Source of the DNA: Octopus vulgaris
Taxonomy: Eukaryota
Direction of reading: 5' to 3'
Length of the DNA: 64,000 bases
Assembly (NCBI GenBank): GCA_951406725.2
Contig: OX597833.1
Location: 50,902,001 to 50,966,000, forward strand
Below the pieces are notes generated by a model. It searched no databases, was not told the DNA's origin, and saw only the letters and a program-made list of their open reading frames with translations. This document shows, in pieces, positions 1 through 13,282 of the stretch. Numbering within the stretch: position 1 is the stretch's first letter; each line of letters begins with the position of its first letter. The translations under genes and the position numbers were made by a program.

Positions 1-146
1 ATCTCTCGTCTCCATTTTTATTACCTTTCACTTCAATCTACCCCCTTCACTATTTCTGTCTGTCTAATCTACTACTTATATTCCCTTCATGTAACTGATT
101 TCTATCAGCCAGCCAGTCTGTCTGTCTGTATCTCTCTCATCTCTCA

Positions 147-206
<60 letters not shown>

Positions 207-399
207 GCTTCCTCTCTTTTTCTTGTCTTACAATATCGTTTCACGATTTTCTCTCGAGCCGAGTCTCTTTTCTTACTATTTACTTTGTCCGACCATCTTA
301 AAGTATCCTTCAGACTTGAATTTTATTCCAGCATTTCAACCAGTCAATCCCTTTCTCTTCACATACATCAAACATCATATATATATATATATATATATA

Positions 400-536
400 A
401 GCTTCCTGAAGATTTCTCTTGAATGAAACAGTACTAGTCCTGTAGAAGCTCCTTCTATATAATAAATTAATTTTACTCTGCTATGTATTGAGTACCTTAC
501 TTACTGTGGTTAACCCCGAATCAACCCGGGAACTAC
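400..536 (+). mobile_element. Short (TA)n-flanked element with a degenerate hammerhead-like motif (probable Penelope-type terminal fragment)
   Basis: CTGAAGA(406-412)-TTTC TCTT GAAT-GAAA-CAGTACTAG-TC. The downstream ~100 bp recurs in reverse at 33752-33846, and both ends abut (TA)n. Confidence 0.5.
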
Positions 537-1168
537 ATATATATATATATATATATCTTTCTTTCTTTCACCATTTCTACACCTCCCTCTTCTGTCTCCT
601 ATCAATTTTTTTTATCTCCTTTCTTTTTCCCCTCCCAATCTATCATCACAAATCTCTCCTTCCTCTATTTTATCTTTACCACTATCTCCATCTCAATATA
701 ACATTTTCTCCTTATTTTCTTCTCACCCATTTCGCCATTATCTCATACCTGTCTATCTGTCTCTACGACACTCGACTCGCATCTCCACCACACATCTACA
801 AACGCAATACATATCTAACAACATAGGTATATGACAGTCACTCAGCAACCATCAGAAAATGCCACAAAACCCTTTAGGGAAAACTGATATATAAAATATA
901 TTTTATTTACTTCGCGTATAAATGAGAAAGCAAAAATGCACCGCCATAAAACCTCCTACATGATAAGTCAGGGTATCAAGTCTCACGTTCAAAAGAAAAC
1001 TAAGTTAATCCAGGACGTGTTATCTATGGAATCAACGAAAGGTTTTTTCCTATTTCGGGTCCCCATTTTGTAGCATTCTTTGGTTATATCACACAAACAC
1101 ACATTGACGGCTATGCGTCTATATATATATATATATATATATATACACTGTACATCATCTCTAAACCT

Positions 1169-1675
<507 letters not shown>

Positions 1676-1689
1676 TCAAATTTAGGGAA

Positions 1690-1800
1690 AACAAAAGAAT
1701 AAGGCAGGTGCAGGAATAGGTAGGTGCGTTAGTTTGACGCTCGGGAAGAATGGAAAAGTCTTTTACGCTTCGAGCCTCTGCTCTTCGACAGAAAGGCTTA
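1690..1800 (-). mobile_element. Penelope-type terminal fragment with mutated minimal hammerhead
   Basis: Minus strand reads CTTT-CTGTCGA-A-GAGC AGAG GCTC-GAAG-CGT-A-AAAG. Homologous to the PLE terminus at 10080-10190. Confidence 0.6.
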
Positions 1801-1879
1801 AGAGGATATAAAGGAAAGTGAATGAAAAAATTAAAGAAAGGGTTGTATTTGTAGAACTTCAGTCTATAAATTAATCACA

Positions 1880-2044
1880 GGCGCGGGAGTGGCTGTGTGG
1901 TAAGTAGCTTGCTAAACAACCTCATGGTTCCGGGTTCAGTCTCACTGCGTGGCATCTTGGGCAACTGTCTTCTGCTATAGCCCTGGGCCAACCAATGCTT
2001 TGTGAGTGGATTTGGTTGACGGAAACTGAAAGAAGCCTGTCGTA

Positions 2045-2104
<60 letters not shown>

Positions 2105-2334
2105 CGTGTGTGTGTGTGTGTTTGTGTGTCTGTGTTTGTCTCCCTAGCATTGCTTGACAATCGATGCTGGTGTGTTTACGTCCCCGTCACTTAGCGGTTC
2201 GGCAAAAGAGACCGACGATAGAATAAGTACTGGGCTTGCAAAGAATAAGTCCCGGGGTCGATTTGCTCGACTAAAAGGCAGTGCTCCAGCATGGCCGCAG
2301 TCAAATGACTGAAACAAGTAAAAGAGTAAAAAGA
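1880..2334 (+). mobile_element. tRNA-derived CORE-like SINE (group 1), full length with internal (TA)n(TG)n
   Basis: Pol III head, MIR/CORE-like GTGGCATCTTGGGCAA segment, internal microsatellite, and tail CCAGCATGGCCGCAGTCAAATGACTGAAACAAGTAAAAGAGT. Confidence 0.88.
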
Positions 2335-2683
2335 ATATACACTTAATATTCTAATACTACTTTTCAAACGTTCGTCAATTTACACTAGTAAACTTTTAGC
2401 AAAGCATGAAGAATCAACGTTAGAAATCTTTGTGCAAAAACCACCGCAATTAAAGGATTAATCCACATTCAACTTGTTACACACGTATATGTGTGCATAT
2501 GTATGTATGCGTACATACACACACACACACACATATATATATATATTTGTATAAGAATATGTATACATATATATATATATATATACGTATGCATGTGAAT
2601 ATATAAGTGTTACAATATGCGTGTGTATGTATATGTGCATATGTTTATATATATGTATATACATGTATATATATGTGCATATA

Positions 2684-2743
<60 letters not shown>

Positions 2744-2788
2744 TAGATAGATAGATAGGTAGATAGATAGGTAGCTAGCTAGATAAAT

Positions 2789-2831
<43 letters not shown>

Positions 2832-3359
2832 ATGATAGACAGATAGTTACATATATACATATGCGAGCATATACATACGTACACACGTGCAAACACCGAT
2901 GTGCGTGTGTATGTGCGCGCGCATGTGAGTGTATGTATGTTTATACACATACTACTGATATATACATTAATATTAATTTCTGGCATAGCACAGGCATTAT
3001 ATTTTGTTAAAGAACATAATCGATGTAAACAACCCCACGACTTAACTGCTATCTTTTTATCGCCCCCATAATAGTGAGGCTCACATCTGCGAGATTTCCC
3101 CTCACAACAGACACCGGACGAGGAAGTAATTACAAATGGTAAGCTCTTTTATCCGATGCTCATCAGTTTCTGATAATCAACCGGAATAAATTTACGTGAA
3201 TATAAAATTTAATCCTGTTCGAATTCAGTTGGGGTCTGATTTCGTGTTGAACCTTTCTGGGACTCGATAATATAAAGCAGTAATGAAGTACAAGATTAAA
3301 AAAATTTATTATGATCTTTCTAAGAAATAACGTATGTTATCTCTTATTGATTTCAAATT

Positions 3360-3700
3360 ACATCGATCCCCAGCGTTTGACTGGTACCTATTTTATCGAC
3401 TCGGAAAGAATGAAAGGTAGAGTCGACGATAGCAGAATTTGAACTCTGGATCCAAAGACCAACGAAATACCTATTTCTTTACTACCCACAAGGGGCTAAA
3501 CACAGAGAGGACAAACAAGGACAGACAGACGGATTAAGTCGATTATATCGACCCCAGTGCGTAACTGGTACTTATTTAATCGACCCCGAAAGAATGAAAG
3601 GCAAAGTCGACCTCGGCGGAATTTGAACTCAGAACGTAGCGCTAGACGTAATACTGCTAAGTATTTTGCCCGGCGTGCTAACGTTTCTGCCAGCTCATCG
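3360..3700 (-). mobile_element. tRNA-derived SINE (group 2), dimeric
   Basis: Two copies of the body ATCGACCCCGAAAGGATGAAAGGCAAAGTCGACCTCGGCGGAATTTGAACTC (one decayed), joined at GAAATAC|CTATTTCTTT. Confidence 0.85.
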
Positions 3701-3722
3701 CTCTATATGTTGTCACATAATA

Positions 3723-3865
3723 CGGCGAGTTGGCAGAATCGTTAGCACGCCGGGCGAAATGCTTAGCAGTATTACGTCTGGCGTTACGTTCTGAGTTCAA
3801 ATTCCACCGAGGTCGACTTTGCCTTTCATCCTTTCGGGGTCGATTAAATAAGTACCAGTTACGAA
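3723..3865 (+). mobile_element. SINE group 2, inverted relative to 3360-3700
   Basis: GGCGAGTTGGCAGAATCGTTAGCACGCCGGGCG...GAGTTCAAATTCC...GCCTTTCATCCTTTCGGGGTCG. Confidence 0.85.
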
Positions 3866-3932
3866 CTTAGTAGCTTAGAGTCGGCTCGAATTAGACATTA
3901 TTTTTTGTGGCTCATGGCGTGAGCCCTGGTTG

Positions 3933-4110
3933 GAAGAAGAAGAAGAAGAAGAAGAAGAAGAAGAAGAAGAAGAAGAAGAAGAAGAAGAAGAAGAAGAAGA
4001 AGAAGAAGAAGAAGAAGAAGAAGAAGAAGAAGGAGGAGGAGGAGAAGAAGAAGAAGAAGAAGAAGAAGAAGAAGAAGAAGAAGAAGAAGAAGAAGAAGAA
4101 GAAGAAGAAA
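3933..4110. repeat. (GAA)n microsatellite
   Basis: Long GAA tract with a short GGA interruption; explains the poly-E/K/S/L ORFs. Confidence 0.97.
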
Positions 4111-4527
4111 CAACAGCAACAAGAACAGCAACTGCAAAACTATAAAATCCTCTCATACGATGCTGTTCCACATTTAGAAACAAACGTGCGTGGTTAGTAG
4201 TTTAAATAGCAAACCATTTTCATGAGGCATATCTACAAATTTCTACATTGCCAAACGACTTGCACAGATCTCGTTACACAATTGCATAAATCGATTTGTT
4301 CCGATATGGAGTTACAAAGCAAAACTTACTGGTATCCAACAGTAATCTGATGTCAGAAGAGGTCACCAAATGTGATTTGACAGAATCTGAAATTGTGACA
4401 GATTCCAGGCTAAAAACCAAAACATTGCAATTTCTGCCATCGATTGAGTTGTTCTTTTTGTTTTTGCTTTTTGTCCGTATGATAGTTGTTGTGAGAGTGT
4501 ACATAAACACACACACACGCATACACA

Positions 4528-4631
<104 letters not shown>

Positions 4632-6109
4632 TATATACATATATATACATATATATATATATATAATGCAGTAAGCGGCGAAGTATTGATGAATATGCGT
4701 GCGTAAAAAGAGTTCTAAGAATATGGAAATTTGACTTTTCGTTGGAGAAAGAACGCCGGAGGTCCCCACTCCCCAGGCTCGACCAAAAAACTGCCAGGCA
4801 GTGGCTGATACTTTGACAGTTTATCCTTCTCAGCCTGACGAGCAGGGAAGCCTGGGTGAAGAGTTGAACAGCCTTCTTGGTCCCCGGACCATACCCCCGC
4901 TAACCGCAATCGGGGTGGAGATAACTTTCTGAAATTATGAGCCCCATGCATCAGAGTATATTTTCCAGCGCGTCTCCCACACCAGCTTCCGTTGAATCGC
5001 CTTTTTCATTTTATCGCCTGAGACCATGAAGCTGGGACAAGCCTTTCTATATATTACTCGTTACCTATTGTTTTATTTCCAAGTTATTCTCACTGGAAAA
5101 ACATCCTTCTTAATTTCCAAATTCATTTTGCAATTGGTTACATTTTCAGTGTTGGAGAAAGTATGCAAAATCTCAAAGGCAAACATTAGCGACAGATAAG
5201 GCCTAACAAAATGGAAAAATCTCATTCTTTCTGAGCAACTATCACATTCCCTACGAAGCATAGTAATTCAGGTTTCTACAACAATTACAATAATTACAGG
5301 GGGATGGAGGAGAGATGGTTAGGGGACAGCAGTATTGGAGGATTAGAAAAAATCAGAGACAAGACATAGGGACAACTTACACAAGATTATATGTAAAGAA
5401 CTATATACATCTATTTATCGATCCACCTACCTACCTACCTACATACCTACCTACCTACCTTCCTACCTACCTACATACCTACCTACCTACCTACTACCTA
5501 CCTACTACCTACCTACCTACCTACCTACCTACCTACCTACCTACCTACCTACCAATCTACCTACCTACCTATCTATCTATCTCTTGAACACATTAATATA
5601 TAATTTAATATTTATAAACATACGCGCGTAAACGTGTATGTGAATATTGTCTGCGTCTCTGTGCAATTGCGCGCACGTGAGCGTGCGAGTGTTCGTGCGA
5701 CTTTGCATGTGTGTGTGTGTGTGCATGTGTGTACGTGTGGATGAGTGTGTGTGTATGTGTTTGTGGGTGTGTGTGTGGTGGTGGGGTGCGTGTGTGAGTG
5801 CGTGCATGAGTATGTATGTGTGTGTTTGTGTGATGAAAATATGGCGCTCTAAATATATCACATAGGAGATAAATATTACAAGACGCTACTTTTTAAGTAC
5901 CTTTTAAAAAAATAATGCACAACACCCAAAGAATGTAGATCTAAGAGGGGATTAAAGGAACAGATAAGTCGGGGTAGGCAGGGCATCCAGCCTTGTAACG
6001 TTATCTGACAAATACCCTCCCCGAGACGTAAATATCTTCATCTCAGTTTTGTGTGACTGTATGTGTCTGTCTGTATGTATATATGTGTGCGTGTATATAC
6101 GGATATATA

Positions 6110-6300
6110 TCCTTTCACTTTTTTATTTGTTTCAGTCATTTGAATGCGGCCAGGATGGAGCACCGCATCTAGTCGAAAAGAATCGACCACAGGACTTATT
6201 CTTTGTAAGCCTAGTGCTTATTCTATTGGTCTCTTTTTGCCGAACCGCCAAGTTACGAGGGCGTAAAAGAACTAATATTGGTTGTCAAGCGATGGTAGAG

Positions 6301-6355
<55 letters not shown>

Positions 6356-6517
6356 TATATATATACATATATACAACGGGCTTCTTCCAGTTTCTATCTA
6401 CGAAATCTACTCACAAGGCTTTGATCAGCCCGGCTATAGAAGGTGTCACGCAGTGGCATGGAACCCGGAACCATGTGGTGGTAAGCGAGCTACCTACCAT
6501 ACAGCCACTCCTGCGCC
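6110..6517 (-). mobile_element. SINE group 1
   Basis: Reverse complement of the group 1 head, body and tail with internal (CA)n. Confidence 0.85.
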
Positions 6518-6634
6518 GGAATATATATATCTATATATATGTGTGTGTGTATGTGTGTGTGTGTTTACAAATATATATATATATGGCGATTTTTTTCCTC
6601 CGTCTTCCCTTCTCTGGATCTTTCCTTTTCCTAT

Positions 6635-6669
6635 GTTTCTGACGAAGAGCTCCGCTCGAAACGTAAAAC
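6635..6669 (+). ncRNA. Minimal type-I hammerhead ribozyme motif (Penelope-type) within a ~185-bp (TA)n-flanked element (6584-6770)
   Basis: GTTT-CTGACGA-A-GAGC TCC GCTC-GAAA-CG-T-A-AAAC. Stem I is GTTT/AAAC, stem II is GAGC/GCTC, and stem III is the palindromic ACGT. Confidence 0.7.
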
Positions 6670-6766
6670 CCTTCTTCTTCTCTTCCTTCCTGAGCGTCCA
6701 ATAATACTATACTTGTTCCACGTCCTCGCGTTGTTGTGTTTTCTCTTTGTGTTTTCATGTTTGGAT

Positions 6767-6801
<35 letters not shown>

Positions 6802-7099
6802 TTCATCTTTTATTTGTTTTAGTCTCGAAGAATTTTTAGTCGAATGTATCGCCCTCTGTACTTATTTCTCTATTAAACCTGGTACGTATTCAATCTGGCT
6901 TTTTTGCTGAAACACCATATTATGGGGAAGTAAACACAAAACCACAGATTGTTAATTTGTGGGTGTGCAAACACAGACACAACAGTGACATGTTGTACGG
7001 CTTGGCATTCTCACCGGAAGTTCCAATACGAACATTTCAGCGTGCTTGGGTAGCAACCTGAGGACATAGCGATCTAAGTACATGTACCGAGAGTGATAA

Positions 7100-7300
7100 A
7101 CACAGACACACAGACACACACCCAAACACAAAAACACACACACACAAAAGGGCTTCTTTCAGTTTCCGAGTACCCAATGTACTGACAAGGCTTTTGTTGG
7201 CCCGAGGGTATAGTAGACAAAACTTGCCTAAGGTGGCACACAGTGGGACTGAACCCCGAACTATGTGGTTGGGAAGCAAGCCTTTTACCACTGAACCACG
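7100..7300 (-). mobile_element. SINE group 1, 5' half, diverged
   Basis: CTTCTTTCAGTTTCCG...CTTGCCTAAGGTGGCACACAGTGGGACTGAACCC. Confidence 0.75.
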
Positions 7301-7329
7301 AATAAACGTTGAAGGAATATAAACGTTGA

Positions 7330-7486
7330 AGGAGTGGCTGTGTGGTAAGTAGCTTGCTAACCAACCGCATGGTTCCGGGTTCAGTCCCACTGCGTGGCAC
7401 CTTGGGCAAGTGTCTTCTGCTATAGCCCCGGGCTGACCAATTCCTTGTGAGTGGATTTGGTAGACGGAAACTGAAAGAAGCCTGTC

Positions 7487-7560
<74 letters not shown>

Positions 7561-7775
7561 TTGTGTGTCTGTGTTTGTTCCCCTAGCATTGCTTGACAAC
7601 CGATGCTGGTGTGTTTACGTCCCCGTAACTTAGCGGTTCGGCAAAAAGAGACCGATAAAATAAGTACTGGGCTTACAGAAAGAATAAGTCCCGGGGTCGA
7701 GTTGCTCGACTAAAGGTGGTGCTCCAGCATGGCCGCAGTCAAATGACTGAAACAAGTAAAAGAGTAAAAGAGAGA
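7330..7775 (+). mobile_element. SINE group 1, full length
   Basis: Close match to 1880-2334. Confidence 0.88.
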
Positions 7776-8316
7776 GAGAGTTACTAACAACATAAGTTTT
7801 AGTTCGGAACTCTTTTGCATAGTCTTTGTCTTCTTGTACGACCTAATTTGTTTACCGGCAGTCTGTATTTTTTTTTTCAATTTTTTCTTTATTTTATGCT
7901 TTTTGTCTTTAGCCACCGTTTATCTTACTGCAAGATCACCGAGGTGACAATATCCCACAGGTTTACTGATATCCAATAAAGCTGCCTCCCACTATTTATT
8001 AAGCAAGTGTTGATGTGTTACCACCTGGATATTTTATCAAATACGCCATCAACGCTGTCAATTAATTTAGTCACGAAATATATTGAAACAAGGCTAAGCA
8101 GCAAGGCATTTAATAGATCTATACGCGTTTTAGTTTAATGATTTTAGCCTAGTCTGAACATTTATTAGTCTTGTTAATGATGGAGATTCATGTTGAGTTA
8201 AGTATATTTATGTAAATATATTGCTCTTGGAGTAATCGTTGTAATGGTTCTCGCTTTATATAAAATCAATCAATACGTCGCCACTTACTGCAGTATATAT
8301 GTTATGTCCCACGAAG

Positions 8317-8745
8317 GCGTTAGCACGCCGGGCGAAATGCGTAGCCGTATTTCGTCTGCCGTTACGTTCTGAGTTCAAATTCCGTCGAGGTCGACTTTGC
8401 CTTTAATCCTTTCGGGGTCGATTAAATACGTACCAGTTCACTGGGGTCGATGTAATCGACTTAATCCGTTTGTCTGTCCTTGTTTGTCCCCTCTATGTTT
8501 AGCCCCTTGTGGGCAATAAAGAAATAAGAAAGGTTAGCACGTCGGGCGAAATGCGTAGCCGTATTTCGTCTGCCGTTACGTTCTGAGTTCAAATTTCGCC
8601 GAGGTGGACTTTGCCTTTCATCCTTTCGGGGTCGATAAATTAAGTACCAGTTACGCACTGGGGTCGATGTAATTGACTTAATCCCTTTGTCTGCTCTTGT
8701 TTGTTCCCTTTGTGTTTAGCCCCTTGTGGGTGGTAAAGAAATATA
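8317..8745 (+). mobile_element. SINE group 2, tandem dimer
   Basis: Two ~210-bp head-to-tail units, each ending TTTAGCCCCTTGTGGG...AAAGAAAT. Confidence 0.88.
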
Positions 8746-8980
8746 TATGTTATGTCCCTCGCCATTCTCCGAGGCAAAGCTTTTCCATTTTATCGGCTGG
8801 AACCTTGAGACAGACTAACAAGCCGTTTTATACATTTCTTGTTACCTATCATTTTTTTTCCATGTTATTTTCACTCAAAGAACATCCTGCGTAATTTCCG
8901 AATTTTGCGAAAGCTTATATTTTCAGATTTTCAGTTTTGGAGGTCATATTCAAACTCACTGGCAAATATTAGCGAGTGAT

Positions 8981-9363
8981 GGAAGCACTCCGTCGGTTAC
9001 GACGACGAGGGTTCTGGTTGATCCGAATCAACGGAACAGCCTGCTCGTGAAATTAACATGTAAGTGGCTGAGCACTCCACAGACACGTGTACCCTTAACG
9101 TAGTTCTCGGGGATATTCAGCGTGACACAAAGAGTGACAAGGCCGGTCCTTTGAAATACAGGTACAACAGAAACAGGAAGTAAGAGTGAGAGAAAGTTGT
9201 GGTGAAAGAGTACAGCATGGATCACCACCATCCCTGCCGGAGCCTCGTGGAGCTTTAGGTGTTTTCGCTCAATAAACACTCACAACGCCCGGTCTGGGAA
9301 TCGAAACCGCGATCCTATGACCGCGAGTCCGCTGCCCTAACCACTGGGCCATTGCGCCTCCAC
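8981..9363 (-). mobile_element. tRNA-derived SINE (group 3) with target-site duplication
   Basis: Head GTGGAGGCGCAATGGCCCAGTGGTTAGGGCAGCGGACTCGCGG...GGTTTCGATTCCC. AGCGAGTGAT is repeated at 8971-8980 and 9364-9373. Confidence 0.9.
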
Positions 9364-9647
9364 AGCGAGTGATAATGTCTAACAATACTCAAACATGCCA
9401 TTCTCTCCAAGCAGCTATCACATTTCCTGCCAAGCACAGAAATTCAAGTTTCTGCAAAATTTAATTTTCAATTTTTTGAATTCATCTCTTCTGTTCTTTC
9501 CGATTTTTGTATTCTTTCCTTTATCAAGGAACACATTTTAATGAACTATGTCCGTTTTCTCGTCTTGCTTTTTATGCACGCACTCACACACTAACTAACA
9601 CACACTATCTGCAAAATACATATATACAATTATAAGAAGGAGTTTCT

Positions 9648-9830
9648 TATTTCTTTATTGCCCACAAGGGGCTAAACATGGAGGGGACAAACAAGGACAG
9701 ACAAAGGGATTAAGTCGATTACATCGACCCTAGTGCGTAACTGGTACTTAATTTATCGACCCCGAAAGGATGAAAGGCAAAGTCGACCTCGACGGAATTT
9801 GAACTCAGAACGTAACGGCAGACGAAATAC
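9648..9830 (-). mobile_element. SINE group 2, headless unit
   Basis: Group 2 body and tail, ending at GACGAAATAC. Confidence 0.85.
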
Positions 9831-10013
9831 TGTTATATATAAGGGAGGTATAATTATGTATATCAGAATATATATATATATATAAGTGGAAACAATTTGT
9901 TGGCCTTTTGCGGTTTTTATAATTATTTATGTTATATATTATATTCATAGTATTTAATGCAATATTGTAATATAAATAAATTATTGGACTGTCAATAATA
10001 TCTTTCTCTCTCT

Positions 10014-10049
<36 letters not shown>

Positions 10050-10146
10050 CGGGAAGCTATATGAAAAAAAACAAAAGACGAAGGCAGGTGGAAAACACAC
10101 ACACAATTGTATTAGTATGGCGCTCAGGAAATATAAATAAAACAAG

Positions 10147-10184
10147 TCTTTAACGTTTCGAGCCTACGCTCTTCAACAGAAAGA
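10147..10184 (-). ncRNA. Minimal hammerhead variant (CUGUUGA core) in the PLE 3' terminus
   Basis: TCTTT-CTGTTGA-A-GAGC GTAG GCTC-GAAA-CG-T-T-AAAGA, with a perfect 5-bp stem I. Confidence 0.6.
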
Positions 10185-10360
10185 TACACAGAGAGAAAAA
10201 AAACACAGAAAGAAGGAGAGAAAAAAATGCGTGCAGTAACTAACGAATCAACATGGCGATCTGATTTCGGCCAGAGGTCAAAGATCAAACATGAGACGCG
10301 AGAGCGAAATAAGGGGAGATAATAGGGTTGATAATAGGGTTGAATGACCAGCTATTAAGG

Positions 10361-10700
10361 CGTAGGAGAGGTCTGGACGTGTGTATGTATTGGGTTGGTG
10401 TATGTATTAGTATGTATTAGTATGTATAAGGGTGTGTGTGTGTGTGTGTGTATGAGAGAGTATTAGTGCGTAGGATAGGTCTGGACGTGCGTATGTATGG
10501 GGTTGGTGTATGTATTAGTATGTATTAGTATGTATTAGTACGTATTAGTATGTATAAGTGTGTGTGTGTGTGTATGAGAGAGTATAAGTGCGTATGAGGG
10601 GTCTGGACGTGTGTATGTATAGGGTTGGTGTATGTATTAGTATGTATTAGTATGTATTAGTAGGTATTAGTATGTATTAGTTGGTGTATGTATTAGTATG
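10361..10700. repeat. Three ~110-125-bp tandem units in the PLE 3' region
   Basis: GTCTGGACGTG...GGGTTGGTG(TATGTATTAG)n recurs at about 10371, 10479 and 10601. Confidence 0.85.
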
Positions 10701-11041
10701 GAACATCATATATGATGTGATGTGTAAAGTCGTGTGGTGTAGTGAGGAGAAGAGGGGGGGAGAAGAGGGGGGGATAAGGGGAGGGGAAGAAGAGGGGGAG
10801 GAGGGGGAAGGGGAGAGGATGGGGCGGGGGAGGGGTGAGAAGGAAGGGGAGGAGGAGGGGGAGGAAGGAGGAAAGAGGGAGAGGGGGAGAGAGAAGGGGA
10901 GTGAGGGAGCAGAGGGAAGGGGAAGAGGGAAGGAGGGAGGGAGAAAGAGGGAAGAAGGGAAGGGGAGTAGGGGTGAAAGGATGAGGGACTGAAGAAGTAG
11001 GGGTCGGGGGGAAGGATAAGTGAGGAGGGGGGAGAGGGGGG

Positions 11042-12135
11042 TTAGATGAGGAGGGGGGGAGAGTTGAGACCAAATGGCGTATAAGAGCGAAGAGAGAAGA
11101 TTAATTCCTGTTCACGGCGCAAACGGGAATCCGGATGGCCTCTGTGTAAGGACAAACCGAACACAGATAGGTGTTGCAAGGAGTGACCGGTGGAGCGGAA
11201 ATGACGTGAGACCGGTGTGTCGTTCGCAAGGTGGATGTCACGAAGGTGTTCCGCGAACCGGTCAGCCAAGCGGCGTCCCGTTTGTCCGATATACAAGGAA
11301 TGGCAGAGAGAGCAAGAGACGCAATAGATAATATTGCTGGAGGTGCAGGTGAAGGAGTGGATGATGGGATAGGGTCGATGGTGGGTGCTAGTGAGGAGGG
11401 TGGTGTTGGAGAGGTAAGGGCAAGTGCGGCAACGTGGGCGGGAGCAGGGGAACGAGCCGGGTTGGGAGGTAGGGTCAGGGAAGGAGCTATGGACCAAAAG
11501 GTCTCGAAGGTTGTGGGCTCGTTTGAAAGAGGGGAGGGGTCGGTTAGGGAAGAGGTGTGAAGTGGACGGGTCGGACTGGAGATGACGGAAAGCTCGAAGA
11601 ATGGTGCGTTGGAGACGTAGGGCCGTGGGGTGGTAAGTGAGGGGAAAAGGGAGGCGGGAGACTACAGGGCGGGTTCGGGGAGAGAGAGCAGATACACGGT
11701 CCACGGACCGTGCTCTGGCAAGGGCGGTGTGGATAGTGGTGAGGGGGTATCCACGTAGGGTGAAGTGGTGAGCCATACGTTGAGACTGAGTCTCAAAGTC
11801 ATGGTCGTCACTACAGAGCCTACGTAGACGGAGGAACTGGGAATAGGGGATGGAAAGCTTGGTGTGTTCTGGGTGGGAGGAAGAGAAGTTGAGGTATGAG
11901 TGTGAGTCTGTGTGTTTGTAGTGAATGGAGGTGGTAAGAGTGGAGTGAAGAATGCTAACCGAAATGTCGAGGAAGGAGACAGAGGTGTTGGAGATAGTGG
12001 AAGTGAAGTGGAGGGCTGGATGGAAAGATTGGACGAAAGAGAGGAAGGAATCTAGATGTTCACGGGAGAGTGAGGTGGCACCGATAATGTCGTCAATGTA
12101 ACAACCATATAGTTCAGGAGTGGGACCAGTGAAAT

Positions 12136-12136
<1 letters not shown>
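11042..12136 (-). CDS. Partial Penelope-like ORF: RT C-terminal half, thumb, Cys linker and GIY-YIG endonuclease
   Basis: Motifs YIDD, FLD, YKHTDSHSYL, HP..IPYSQFLRLRRLCS, C..PRCRTC and IIYCVSC..C..LYIGQTGRRL..RF.EH. No stops over ~360 codons. The annotated start lies in the flanking microsatellite and is artefactual. Confidence 0.9.
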
Positions 12137-12171
<35 letters not shown>

Positions 12172-12534
12172 CACACACACATATCAGAACCATATTGTTT
12201 ATGTTAATATCAGTGGCTTAGCATGCGTAAGTGGCGATGTATTGATTGATTTTATAGAAAACCGAGAACCATTACAACCATCACTCCAAGAACAATATAT
12301 TTGCGTAAATATGCTTCACTCAACAGGAATCTCCACCATTAACAAGACTAATAAATGTTCATACTAGGCTAAAATCATTAAAGAAAAATGTGTATAGATC
12401 CATTAAATGCCCGGCTGCATAGCCTTGTGTCAAAATATTTATTTCGTGACTAAATTAATTGACAGCGTTAATGGCGTATGTGATAAAATATATTTAGCAT
12501 ACCGGTACTGCTTGTTAGTAGACTTAATTATTAA

Positions 12535-12822
<288 letters not shown>

Positions 12823-12899
12823 ATATAAATACAATTGTTCGTTTGTTTTCCACCTGCCTTCGTCTTTTGTCTATTTTCATAAAGCTTCCCGTTATATAT

Positions 12900-12995
<96 letters not shown>

Positions 12996-13040
12996 ATCTC
13001 TGAGCAAGATGTAAACAGTAGCAGCACGGAATCGTGAATT

Positions 13041-13282
13041 GTATTTACCACCTAAATGTGGCCGACCCATAGGGGACGATGCTACTGTTGTTCACAGTCC
13101 CAGGAAGACATCTCCTCCATCTGGCTAAAGACACACCATCAGTGTCCGATTAGTATTTGCGAAGGAAAATCATCGGTTGAAAGTGTGTCATTCGCCAGCT
13201 GGAGGCGATGAGTCTTCCTGGGGCAACAAACAACAGTAGTATCGTCCTCTATGTGTCCGCCACATATAGGTGGTAAATATAC
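13041..13282. mobile_element. Imperfect palindromic (foldback/MITE-like) element
   Basis: Arms of ~95 bp: GTATTTACCACCTAAATGTGG...CCCAGGAAGACATC...GACACAC versus GTGTGTC...GTCTTCCTGGG...CCACATATAGGTGGTAAATATAC. Confidence 0.65.

Larger units (their letters stand above)
10048..12136 (-). mobile_element. Penelope-like retroelement (Neptune-like), 5'-truncated
   Basis: RT-GIY-YIG ORF followed by a 3' region with tandem repeats and a hammerhead-like motif. Bounded by (TA)n and (GA)n tracts. Confidence 0.9.

Noticed and set aside
3095-3145. Apparent micro-exon (CAG...ATG|GTAAG)
   Set aside because: It lies inside a highly decayed group 2 SINE and has no other support.
3557-3745. Recurrent 'MRNWYLFNRPRKDERQSRPRRNLNSE' ORFs
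   Set aside because: Antisense translation of group 2 SINE bodies, not a gene family.
4836-4862. CTGACGAG...GAAG hammerhead-like start
   Set aside because: No GAAA directly after stem II, and stems I and III do not form.
9290-9363. tRNA genes at SINE heads (also 15850-15907 and 30476-30545)
   Set aside because: A and B boxes are present, but they run into SINE bodies flanked by TSDs and lack a proper cloverleaf.
10361-10700. CRISPR-like repeat array
   Set aside because: Eukaryotic context; the repeats are simple tandem units with no unique spacers or cas genes.
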